From Octopus sinensis (lineage: Eukaryota), in the NCBI RefSeq assembly GCF_006345805.1, contig NC_043018.1:11656001-11720000 (forward strand): DNA of 64,000 bases. The letters are read 5' to 3'. Of the stretch, positions 36,797 through 48,872 are shown one piece after another. The first letter of the stretch is position 1. Every line of letters begins with the position of its first letter. A model generated the notes under the pieces. The model made no database searches, was not told where the DNA came from, and was given only the letters and a program-made list of their open reading frames with translations. The position numbers and the translations under genes are program-made.

Positions 36797-38664
36797 GTAT
36801 GTCAAAGAATCCTTTTCTTCTTGCTTATCACTTCAGAATTCATTTCCAAAGAAGTGAATTCCATTTGAACATTGTTGATACACTACTGGATGAAGACCTC
36901 AGCATCATACCATTGCTAATTTATTTCTGCAGGTTATAGGTCCATTGGATGGGGTGCTCTTGTAGTAGGGTGATCAACCTGGGTCATTGGCACCTAGATG
37001 GAATTTGAACTCAAAATAAAGAGGGCTGAAACAGATAACACTAATTATTTTGTCCAAGACTTTAACAATCCTGCCAGTTCCTTCCCCTCAACTCAGCCTT
37101 GTAGAGTGGACCATGAAATGAAGTGTTTGTCTCAAAAAATATATACTATTCAGTCCAGGAATTGAAGACATGACCTTACGATTGTGAACTTAACATCTTA
37201 ACCACTAAAGAAGTTTATTTCTTTGATTCTCAACCATGTGGCTTTGAGTTTTGTCCAACCAGCTGCCTCAGGGTCAGCAAAAGTCTTTTAAGAGGATTTG
37301 GTAGATAGAAATTGGAAGAAGCTTATCCCATGTGTGTTCAGGCTCACAATCATGAGGTATTGAGTTCAATTCCCAGACCAAGCTGTGTGCTGTGTTCTTG
37401 AGCAAGACACTTTATTTCATGTGGCTGTAGAAATGACTCATGATGTCACTGGTGCCAAACTGTATCGGCCCCTTTGCCTTTCCCTTGGATAATATCAGTG
37501 GTGCGGAAAGGGGAGGCTGGTGTGCACGGGTGACTGCTGGTCTTCCATAAACAACCTGGCCCAGACTTGTGCTTTAAAGATCTTGCCTGGTGTTTTGGAG
37601 GGGAACTTCCCTGTAGTCATTCATGACTGAAGGGGTTCTTTATGGCAGGAGACTCACCTGTCACAACCTGATCAGATGATTTGTTTATAGAGATCAAATG
37701 TTTGTGCTGTGCATCATCATCTTACTCCTTCCATCAAATTGGCATTGCCTAGACGAGTGCATCGTGTTCCACACATCAAATGTGAAAGCGATTGCAGAAC
37801 AACACGAAATGAAGTGATTTACTCTAGGGCCTAGGAATTGAAACTACAGTCTTATGATCATGAGTGCAACAACCTAACCACTGGGTCACAAATATATCAT
37901 CATTTTAACGTTCACTTTTCCATGCTTACATAGCTCAGACAAAATTCATGAGGCAAATTTTGTATGGCCAGATGCCCTTTACCTATTTCCAAGCATGGTA
38001 ATATTTCTTCATAGTCAGACATGTTTTCACAGAATACTGGAAATTACTGACATTTATTTACAACTGAGATGAGGAAACTTTTTAATGTGGTGGGCAAAAA
38101 TTTCCCCCCACCCCTGATTTACCACAATGATACAATATCAAGACAAGGAGACACAAATACATATACACTCATACACACAGTTATGATGGGCTTCTTTCAG
38201 TTTCTGTCTTGGAAATCTAATCACAAGGCTTTGTTTTCAGTACAACATTGACCTGTCTGTTTTTACAGTCAATTTGGCAAGTGATTTAAAGCTGCTTTCA
38301 TAAAAAGTTAGCAGCTCACTATTAATACCATTCTTTAAACTAATAACTCTCAATCTGGTAACAAATTACCTAATGGTAAATTGTTTTGGTCTTTTTGAAA
38401 CCACCCTCCTGTGACAGCTCCTGGTTTATGACAGAAACTACGTGTTTTAAAGTAATCCCAGTTAAAATTTCCATCAAAATTCCATGATGATTTATGGTAA
38501 CACCAGATTAATAATGACAAAGTTATTTTACTAAATTCTTTGTTATTTTCAAAATTAATTGAAACCAAAGTAATGTACTTCAGGAGAAATGGTAACGAAA
38601 AGGATTTATGTTTGAAAATGTTGTGCATGCAGTCACTCCAAATGTGCACTTCTGCTTCTTCTAG

Positions 38665-38783
38665 ATGGCCTTGACAATTTTGATGGTGGAATAAGGCAGG
38701 TGACCGGGCAGAATGCTTCAGCTGGTATCTTTGCTACATATCCTAAAAGCTTTGTCTCTACAGGCAGGTGCTTTGCAGATCAG
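38665..38783 (+). CDS. AQP3/7/9/10-like: Aquaglyceroporin exon 4 (119 nt; loop C)
   Basis: ttctag|AT GGC...CAG|gtaggg; DGLDNFDGGIRQVTGQNASAGIFATYPKSFVSTGRCFADQ (AGIFATYP Glp motif). Confidence 0.95.
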
Positions 38784-39062
38784 GTAGGGACCCAAACATT
38801 GAATGATTTATTTATGAATTTGTATTAACATGTAGTAGTAGTAGTACAGTTTCTTGGTTTCCATGGCATATAAAGTCACCACCTGGACACGGCGTGGGTC
38901 TGTCGCAGAATTACTACTCATTTTTGCCAGTTGAGTGGACTGGAACAGCATGAAACGAAGCGTTTTGCTCCAGAACACAATGCATTGCCTGGTCTAGGAA
39001 TTGAAACCACAATCTTACAATCATGTGTCCAACACCTTAACCACTAAGCCATGCACCTCCAC

Positions 39063-39105
<43 letters not shown>

Positions 39106-40052
39106 TGTTGTTGTTGCTGAATTATTCAGATCAACTTCCACTCAAGTAGCTCTATATCTCAGAAAATAGCTGAATGGCTTGGCATGAGCCACAGTCCTGT
39201 CATGTGTTGGGATTTGGTCTGATCCTCACCACTTTATATCATTTATATATAATATAGTGTTTTGATGTGTTTCTTTCTTAACTGGTTGAGGGGTGACCCA
39301 CCTCCAGGATAAAGTGTCATAAACTGCAGGCAATTTTAGAAGCAACAAACAGACAGACTATTAGTTCTGCAAAAGTAAAGAAATAATTTTAAAATTCTAG
39401 TAAATCATATCTGCTATGAAAACTTAACTGCAAATTTTTATCGACCATATTCCAGTATCATTTTGAGCTAGAAGGACTTGTAGAAATTCCACCGTGTAAG
39501 TCATTATATTAGAAAACATTATTTTATATAAAACACAAGAAAAGAATTTCCCAAAATCCTTTTGAAATCCTATCATTTAATCAAAACTGTACTTTCAAGT
39601 ATAATCAAAATGAACTTAGAAGGTATTGCTTAATTTCATTCTTTTAATGTTTGACAGACATGGTGTGCTTTATAGTTTAAGGAAATAAAAGATTAATTAA
39701 AAGGATAAAATAAGAGGGCAGCAGTGTCGAATTCCTTCCTTCACTAAAAGCTAATCAAATAAGATTGGCCATTGAAAAGGTGATTACAGTGACGGAGCCC
39801 CAGCATGGCCACAGCCTTTGGGCTGAAACATATAATAGAATATATATATATGTATATATATATAATCATCATCATCATTCTTTAACGTCCATTTTCCATG
39901 CTGGTATGGGTTGGATGGTTTGAGCAGAGCAAGACTTGATGATTTTGTAATAAATTCAGAAAGCAATTTGTAATGTATTTTCAAGATGCAAATGCATGTT
40001 TCATTTTATTCTTATTTCTGTGAAAGTTTCGTTTTTCTCTCTCTTTCTTTAG

Positions 40053-40270
40053 ATCGTTGGCACTGGGTTGCTGACTTTATGCATCGCTGCAATAACAGAT
40101 GGCAAAAATATGAAACCTCAAAAAGGCCTCCTACCATTTTCTATAGGAAGTATTGTGTTTATGATTGGTGTAACTTTTGGTTTCAATTGTGGCTATGCAA
40201 TCAACCCTGCAAGGGACTTGTCACCTCGCCTATTTACCCTGATGGCTGGCTGGGGCACTGAAGTTTTTAG
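40053..40270 (+). CDS. AQP3/7/9/10-like: Aquaglyceroporin exon 5 (218 nt; NPARD)
   Basis: ctttag|ATC...TTT AG|gtgtgt; IVGTGLLTLCIAAITD...GFNCGYAINPARDLSPRLFTLMAGWGTEVF. Confidence 0.96.
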
Positions 40271-40434
40271 GTGTGTGTTCCATAAGTCTTGAAATTATGT
40301 TGAGATAATATTGTAGGAGTTACCACTCTGTTTATCATAAGAGATTTGTACAAATACAATGGAAAGCACAAAGTTGATGGACTCTCTGCTGGTGACTGTG
40401 TCCAAGAGATATGTGAATGTGTATCAGCTTGAAT

Positions 40435-40900
40435 CATCATCACCATCATCATCATCGTTTAACATCTGCTTTCCATGCTGGCATGAGTTGGACGATTTGA
40501 CTGAGGTGTGGCAAACCAGACGGCTGCACCAGACTCCAATCTGATCTGGCAGAGTTTCTACAGCTGGATGCCCTTCCTAATGCCAACCACTCCAAGAGTG
40601 TAGTGGGTGCTTTTACATGCCACCAACACGAGAGCCAGTCAAGTGGTACTGGCAATGGTCATGCTCAAATGGTGCTTTTTATGTGCCATCTGCACAGCAG
40701 CCAGTCCAGCGGCACTGGCAACAACCTCACTCAAATATTTTTTTCACGTGCCACCAGCACAAGTGCTAGTAAGGTGACACAGGTAACAATCACACGCGAA
40801 TGGTGTTCTTTAATGTGCCATCGGCAACGATCTCACTCGGATGGTACTCTTAGCGCTCCACTAGCACGGATGTCAGTCATCGAATTTGATTTCGATTTGA
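40435..40900 (-). mobile_element. RTE-tail SINE-like element
   Basis: (CAT)n CGTTTAACATCTGCTTTCCATGC...CTGGATGCCCTTCCTAATGCCAACCACTCC, closely paralleling 3331-3800. Confidence 0.8.
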
Positions 40901-41909
40901 ATGTGATTGATTTTATGGTTGACAAAATGTCTTTATCTCTGAAGAAAAGAAAGAGAGAGAGAGAAAGTTATTGTATACATTTGTCAGAAAAGGTGACTTA
41001 TGGTAGTGTCTGAGGAGAGTATCAGAGTATCGTTCATAGAATGTAAGCTCCTGAAGTTTTGTGATTGTCTGGTTGCAAGCAAACTGACAAAATGAGTCTG
41101 ACCAATTGATGCGATAGAAAATTTATTTTCTTTTACATGACTTGAATCAGACAAAACAAGCAGAAAAGTGTTAGAGACAGAGAAAGCAGTTATGGCTGTA
41201 CAGTTAAGAAATTTGCTTCACAACTATGCGGTTTGATCCCATTGCACAGTACCAAAGTGTCTTCTATTATAACTTCAGACTAACCAAAACCTTGTGAGTG
41301 TAATTTGGTAGGTGGAAACAATGTGGAAGATCATTGGATGAACCTTTTCTGTTCTTGGTGGGTAGACTTAATTTTTCACATAAACTAACACCATCACTGG
41401 CTTTTGGATGTCTTTAGCAGTGTCCAGTTTGTTATAAACATTCAGGGTAGGTCCCTGGTTTGAGAATAACTTCCACCAATCACAGAAGCCCTGAAAAGGA
41501 TCATGAGTACTGCTTTGCTTCTCTAAGTTATTGAAAAAAGAGATTTGGGTTGATGTATTTTGTAAAATTTAAGTACATCAACCTGAATTTTAACAATCCC
41601 ATTGTATAAGAGATGCTGGATTTTGGGTGTGTATAGGTTTTTCCAATTGGACTCAGGCTGGTATAGTGAAAAAAATTAATATTAAATTGATGATGAGGAG
41701 GAGGAGGAGGAAGTAGATTGAATGAAATGATGATGATTTTGGTAAGTGTTTTCAATTTAGAAACATTATTATTTTTTACTTTTAATCTGCATGTTTGTTA
41801 CAATCACTTGCCAAGATACACCCAGCATCCTAGGGCGAGTGAAGGATAAGAGATGTTACAGTATGACAGAAAGCTTGGGGAGGGGAAGTGGCAGGGGCAG
41901 TAGTGAAAT

Positions 41910-43335
41910 ATCCTCATGTAATACAACACAGACATTTAAACGGATAGGATTTTTCTAAAGATGTGGGCAGCACAATGTTTTGCATTTCTCTGAGACATGG
42001 TTCTCCTGGGATATTATCTAGATGTTTCTGACATCCCATTTTTATCATACCTAGGGCACCCACAATAACAGGAACAGGAACAGTTCTCGCTTTAAGATGC
42101 CACATCTTTTGTATTTCAATTTCCAGGTCCTTATATTTACTTAATTTGTCAAATTCCTTTACAGATATATTTTTAACTATGAGAACACTTACATCTATTA
42201 ATCTGCAAGTATTTTCTTCCCTGTCTTTAATAATTATGTCTGGTCGATTAGCCTGGATTGTTCTGTCAGTGTTGACTGGAAAATCTCGATTGGCTCAGGG
42301 TGATGTTCATACCAGTAAGTAGGATTGCTAATTTTGTCGTGCTTACATATTTTCCAATGTAAATACTCTCCTACCCTATTGTGGTGATTTTTGTATTTGT
42401 TTGGTGTTAGCACAGGACATCCTGAGACGAGATGATTCGTCAAATGTGTTGCAGAATCTGCATTTAGGGTCAGAACCGTTTTGAAAAACATTAACCTAGT
42501 AGTCTTTTGTAAGCAAGCTTTGATCTTGTGCTACCAATATGAAAGCTTCCTTCTCTGCTTTTGGTCCTAAACTTCTCAGCCACTGACGGGTTGTTGCTTG
42601 GTCTACATAAACATTTTGACTTCAAAGTAGATACTGTCCATGCAGAGCTTTCTGGTCCCACCCCTCCTCAATTTGTTTCTGCCCGTTCTTTTTTGCAATC
42701 TGCTTGAACTGTTTCGCTTGTTTCGTGGCAGGGGTTTCAGGTTCTTCATCTAATTCAGGATTCATGCCAAGTGCCATTGTGAATTTCCAAGCTTCCTTCA
42801 CAATAGAATGTGATTTTTTACTGCTTTCATATTTGCACACAAGCTGCAGCATCCAGTTCTCTGGACTAGATAAGTACCTCACAGTTCTATCTGCATCATT
42901 CCTCTTCCTTCATTGCATCTAGCTAAGTACAGACATTCATCGTCTGCTTTTGGGTGGTGCATGTTCTTAGATGTTAGTAGTTTTCTTGTCTTCCTGTCCA
43001 GGCGTTGGAGTTCTGTAAGATTCCAGTTAATGATGTTGAAACTATATTAAACTACTGGAAGTGCCAAGGTGTTAATGGCTTCAATACAATTTTTCGAGTT
43101 GAGTTCAGTTTTTAGTGTGAGTTTTAGCCTCCTGTAATACTCCTTTCTTATTTTTCCCTTTATAGTAGCATGCTGTATACCATTTCCTTCATTTATCCCC
43201 AGGTATTTATAACTTTCTTGTGGGTCAAGCTCCTTGATGGCAGCATCGGTATCTAATTTAATGGAAGCTATTTGCCTGAGCTTTCCTCTTACAAAATCCA
43301 TTCTGATGTCATTGCTGAACACTTCAACAGTTGTT
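41910..43335 (-). mobile_element. 5'-truncated R4/Dong-like LINE with restriction-like endonuclease (pseudogenised), in intron 5
   Basis: YKYLG, AINTLALPVV, CRFC...HLVSGC zinc knuckle, HNRVG.YLHW, RPDIIIKD...LIDVS...KEFDKLSKYKDL, VPVIVGALG; abuts (TTA)n at 43343-43380. Confidence 0.85.
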
Positions 43336-43343
43336 AGCAGTCC

Positions 43344-43374
<31 letters not shown>

Positions 43375-43432
43375 GATATTATTGTTGTTGTTGCTGGTAG
43401 TGTTATTATTGTTTTTCTTTTATTTTTCTCAG

Positions 43433-43611
43433 TTTCAGAGACTACAACTGGTTTTGGGTTCCAATTATAGGGCCCCACATTGGTGCAATTTTAGGAATAT
43501 TGCTCTATGACGTCACTGTTGGTCTTCACTGGGAAAGTTCTGAACCAGAGATTGATCACGAAGCTAAAAATCTTAAGGATGGTGCATTTGCTTCTATGAC
43601 TTTAGAAAAAG
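43433..43611 (+). CDS. AQP3/7/9/10-like: Aquaglyceroporin exon 6 (179 nt)
   Basis: ttctcag|T TTC AGA GAC...AAA G|gtatgt; FRDYNWFWVPIIGPHIGAILGILLYDVTVGLHW... Confidence 0.92.
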
Positions 43612-43965
43612 GTATGTACATGATCCAGTTTTCAACTGCAAAGTTCAATCAAAACTATTCTATTAAATCTATTCATTTGTTTACAATGAGATTATCTTAT
43701 CTTCAACAGCTGCTCTGAAATATTTACTATATGACTTCTTTCTCAGCCACATGGTTTTGGGTTCAAGTCCACTCTGTGGTATCTTGGGCAAATGTCTTGC
43801 ATTTTAAAGTGATCTAAATTAAAACCTTTCACCAAAATTTCATGGTATTTATGAATCAAACACCAACTTGATAATGACGAAGTTATCTTACAAGATTTTT
43901 CAACAATTGAAATGAAACTGCACATATCAGCAGAAATGTGGCAATAGAATTTCACTATATACGCA

Positions 43966-44230
43966 GAGGAGTGGCTGTGTGGTAAGAAGCTTGCTTACGA
44001 ACCACATGGTTCTGGGTTCAGTCCCACTGCGTGGCACCTTGGGCAAGTGTCTTCTACTATATAGCCTTGAGCTGACCAAAGCCTTGTGAGTGGATTTGGT
44101 AGACGGAAACTGAAAGAAGCCTGTCATATGTATATATGTATGTATGTGTTTGTCCCCCCCCCCCCCGCCCACCATCGCTTGACGACTGATGTTGGTGTGC
44201 TTATGTCTCCGTAACTTAGCAGTTCAGCAA
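43966..44230 (+). mobile_element. tRNA-headed SINE
   Basis: TGGCTGTGTGGTAAG A box, GGGTTCAGTCCC B box, CCTTGGGCAAGTGTCTTCTAC core. Confidence 0.8.
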
Positions 44231-44711
44231 ACTACCAAAATATCACTTAAATGTTGACAGGTTTCTTAGAAGTGGTCTTCATTGAATTAATTTTTTCTTT
44301 TTTTTTTTTTTGATCTTTTCATTCTTGGGAATATTAGAATCTCAGTTAGAAGGAGGATGTAACACATAAGATTCTTGCCAAACTTGATCTGACTTTTTGA
44401 ATTAAAAATGATGCTTGCAATTGAATTGAGGGATTGCTCAAGATTTTGGTGATTTGGTTCTTTCAGAATTGCCTGACGAATTTGACTTCCAGACAGACTG
44501 TGGCTCAAATTGGATATTCTTTTTTCTTAACCTTTTTGTTACCTGATGATTTCAGTAATTAATGTAGGACAAAAAATGCTACTTTTCATTTTATTTCACT
44601 GAAAATCTAATATTAAATGGTTTGTGGACAGAGACAAACAAATCTCTAACTTTTCCTTAATTTTTTAGTTATTAACAATAATGAGAAAACATTTCTGAAA
44701 TTTATTTTCAG

Positions 44712-44770
44712 TTGCTGCCACAACATCAAGCCAGCGTCTTATGGAATCGAATCTTACCGACACAAATTGA
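44712..44770 (+). CDS. AQP3/7/9/10-like: Aquaglyceroporin exon 7 (C-terminal tail and stop): VAATTSSQRLMESNLTDTN*
   Basis: ttttcag|TT GCT...TGA; phase matches the exon 6 donor; total CDS 918 nt = 305 aa plus stop. Confidence 0.7.
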
Positions 44771-44895
44771 AGAATATTGTCTGTAAATGGTTAGCATCAA
44801 GAGAATTCCTATAAATAATTCTGAAAGTTTGGAAACATCGCATGGAAAATGAAGATATATATATATATATATTTTTTTTCAGTTTATTTACATAT

Positions 44896-45193
44896 AAGTC
44901 TTTCCTCTTACGTAATGTTTATTTTCTTAACGATTCCTTTATCCTCTGAAGCATGTTTCAGAGCATATTTGGCATAGTTTTTTATCGTATTACCTGTTTT
45001 GGTCATGTGAATGCGGCCATGCTGGAGCACCACCTTTAGTCAAAGAAATCTACCCCATGATTTATTCTTTGTAAGCCGAGTACTTATTCTATCGGTTTGT
45101 TTTGCCAACTGTTAGGTTAAGGGGATATAAATACAGGAACATCAGTTCTCAAGCAATGGTGTGGGTAGGAACACAGACACAGACACACACACA

Positions 45194-45237
<44 letters not shown>

Positions 45238-46169
45238 TTTATTTTAAGCAGCAGAAAATTCAACAAAATCTGTTGCTTAAAATAAAGCTTAAAATAAAGC
45301 ATATTACTCTACCACTGGTATTTGAGTACTCTTTTTTCCACCTTGTTTCACATTTATGTGTTTACTCCGGTATATATATATATATATATATACAGAATAA
45401 GGAGACTATGACATCTCTGACAGGTGTTTCAATTCAGTAATCTTTAGATAATTAATTTATAAAATTAAGATTATTCTAAGCTGAATCTCTTCAGAGGTAG
45501 TAAAGATATACAGATTAGAAATACATGTTGACATAATGGCTATAAACCGTTAATTGATAGCAAATATATACAAAAAGATCCAGTTGAAGGGGGGAGGGGG
45601 AGTAGTGTATATTTTGTATCTTAATGAAAGGAAAGAAGAGATTATTATAATATCATAGGGTATTGAGAAGGAGAAAAAGAAAAGCAAGAAGAGAAATGCA
45701 TGTATATATAAATATATAATATCAAACTTATCTATAATAATACAATACAAAAAAATTGAAGTTATAAAATTTAAGTGAAGTAGAAGCAAATAGTAGCAAT
45801 TATGAATTAACTGAAGTTAAATAGTAAAGGGATAAATAATTTCTAAATATAATAATGATAATTTAATTTTTCTGTGTTTATAATAATAATGAAATAAAAT
45901 TTAGTTTAAATAAATAGCATGTCCAGAATAATATGGAAAGAGAAAAAATATCGAAATACATAATATATCCTTTCATCCGTTAAGAAAATTTATTTCAAGC
46001 CTTTAAGGTAAAAGAACAATAATAATAGACTATTGGATAGGAAAAAATATTTTAATTTCAAACATACAGCATTCCATGAGAGAAACCGGCAGAAAATGAT
46101 GTTCTGAAACATGCTTCAGAGGATAAAGGAATTGTTAAGAAAATAAACATTATGTAAGAGGAAAGACTT
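44896..46169. repeat. 71-bp inverted repeat pair (44896-44966 / 46099-46169)
   Basis: Arms are reverse complements with 3 differences; weaker similarity extends ~20 bp further outward. Confidence 0.9.
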
Positions 46170-46639
46170 CTGTAGAAATAAATTGAAAATAAAATCAAAT
46201 AAATGACAATGAATTATGTAAAATGCCTTCATGTATAACAGGGATGTAGTGAAAATATTTATATATAAAGATAGCAAAGCCAGAACAAATTAAACAGGGG
46301 CTTATCTGAAAATGTAATCAGAGATAATGATAATATATTTGTGGATTTAAGTAGTGAATAGCTCAATATCCACCGAAACAGCTCAATATGCTATTAATTT
46401 GGTACATTGTAGTATTAAATAAAATATAAAATAAATAAATAAAAATGAAAACAATCTAGGATAGATTAAGAAGTTATCTCAGTTATAAATACTAATTGCA
46501 TTTATTCTATATAAATAGAGGGGATGATTGTAGCAGGAATGTAAGTATCTGTTATACTATTAACCCCATTATAGATAACCCTAGTGCAAATATTAATTAC
46601 AGAGCAATAAATCTACTTATAATGTGGTCCATTTACCTA

Positions 46640-46990
46640 ATATCCCTAAAGTCAATGATATCCCTAATAGCTGAGATTGAAGAATTAAGACATAAAAGCG
46701 TAGTATATCAATGTACAGTAAGGGCACAGGGAATGCAGAGTTGTTATATAGGTTCAACATGGGATGAAATTAAGAAACGTTTGGCCTCTCACATCTATTC
46801 TTTCAGAAATAGACATAGAACTGGTTCCACTGGTCTGCGTAAATTTATTTGGGAGTTAAAAGATAAGAATACACAGTACAATTTAAAATGGGAAATACTA
46901 ACCTCCACATGCTCTTATCAAACAAATATGAGTCAAAGTCACTTCTGCTGAAATGAAAAATTCTTTATCCTCTAGGCAAAATACCCTATT
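46640..46990 (+). mobile_element. Penelope-like GIY-YIG endonuclease relic
   Basis: VVYQCTVRAQGMQSCYIGSTWDEIKKRLASHIYSFRN...TGLRKFIWELKDK..YNLKWEIL within ORF 46496-46951. Confidence 0.8.
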
Positions 46991-48872
46991 CTTAACCCCT
47001 GGGATGAATGCAATGTCTCTGGTATTCATAGGACCAAATTTGTATTTGCAAAATACTGATATAATATTACTTAATTTTTTACTTATTGTATTCCTTGCAT
47101 TTGCATTCCTAACTCATTTGACTGCATATTTAACCTTTCTTCCCTTTATTACATTAAGCTCCTCTTTAAAAATCAACATATTTTTTAACCCCTACTTTGT
47201 GTATGGATATATATTTTGCTCTTACATTAATATTCATATATATCTTACATATTAAGTTATTTATCCCCTTCCCATAAACTATATTAAATTTAAAATAAAT
47301 TTTATGATCAACACATTTTATCTAACTTTTACCGGGTGTTTATGTATGTATGTATGTATATATATACATACACACACACACACATATAAAACTATTTCAG
47401 GATTTGTTTGTTTTTTAACAGTAAATCATTATCATTTTAAAACAATATATATATATAAATATATATATTGGTGTTTTGCTGAAATGAAGTTGTTGATCTG
47501 AAATGATCTTTTTGAAATATTTCTGTCAGATTAGATTTCAATCTAATCCGAAGATGGAAACTGTGTCCATTTCAAGAGAATTAATTAGTTGCATAAGTGA
47601 AGTGAAACAGAGTCAACTGGAATTTGGACATGAGTTGCAGTGTTTGTCAGTAACATCTTGTAATTCTCACCAATAATTGTGAGGTACTTTAAGCATTCTG
47701 ATACCAAAACTGTTTGAGATCAACCCCTGGCTCTATACAAACTTCCTATTTTAAAGTGATCTGAATTTAAACCTTCTATCAGAATTTCATATTATTTCAA
47801 ACATAAAAATTTCAAAATTAACCAAACTGAAAGAAGTGTTTCAGCAGAGATATGGGGAAAAAAGGGGTTAAATCTCTTACCAGTATGTAGCATTTACTTA
47901 GTGATATTCTGTGCTTTGGAAGGGGTTTTTTTCAAAATTAATGGTTAGCAATAAACCAGATCAGTAGTTTGTACGATGTATTTAAGCAATGATGTCATGA
48001 AATGTTTCATTAAATTTCATTTGCTCATAATCATTTCCTGTGCTTTTTTTCATGCCATTCTGATAAATATGTGTTAGTTCAATGATAGTACGATTACTGA
48101 TAATTCTGCAACATGGTAACATTTTATAACAAGATTGATTGCTTAAATGTTCCATTTCCAAGTATATTATTCAGCAGCTTTTGTAAAGAACTCTAACTGA
48201 AAAGAAGCATGACAGTTAAGAAACAGGAATTATGGTTTTGATATATTTTATTGCATCACTGTTCCAGTTTCTTGTATAATTCTACCAAACTTGATTTTAC
48301 TTTTCAGTATTGTTGTAATAAACATTGTAAATATACCAGACTTAATTGAATCTATTATAATCTTAATGGAATCTATTTTATGATATATTAGACTTAATTG
48401 ATGCTATTATACAATTGGTAATCCTTTGTTTAAAATGTTTGGATCCAGAAGTGTTTTGAAATTTTTCCTGATTTTTGATATTTATCATCATTTTACTGTT
48501 TATTTTTCCATGGTTGCATAGGCCAGATAGAATTTTTTGAGACAGACTTTCTACAGCCAGGTACCCTTCCTGTTTCCCAGCAAGGTAACTCCTCACGGCC
48601 AAACAGGTTTTCACGGAAGATTGGAAACAATGACATTGCTTGGACGACAGTAACACCCATTTACAACTATAAAGCAATATCAAAACACAAGCACCCCTAC
48701 TTTATGTATGTATGTGTTTCCTTTCATCTTCCATCACCAAAATCCACTCACAAGGCTTTCATCAGCCAGGGGCTAAAATAGATGACATTTACTCAAGATG
48801 CCACACAGTAGAATGGGACAGCTTGGAGATGGGATTCAAGTCTAAACATGTTATCCATTTACATTTCAAGAC

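Noticed and set aside
43431-43439. In-frame tandem acceptor at exon 6 (CAG-TTTCAG) that would drop 2 codons
   Set aside because: Possible, but nothing in the sequence alone supports its use; the upstream AG has the better polypyrimidine context.
45410-47570. Additional hammerhead-like traces (minus strand 45416-45450; plus strand ~46340-46390 and ~47495-47530)
   Set aside because: The CUGANGA core and/or stem II are not intact; cannot be supported beyond their proximity to a Penelope relic.
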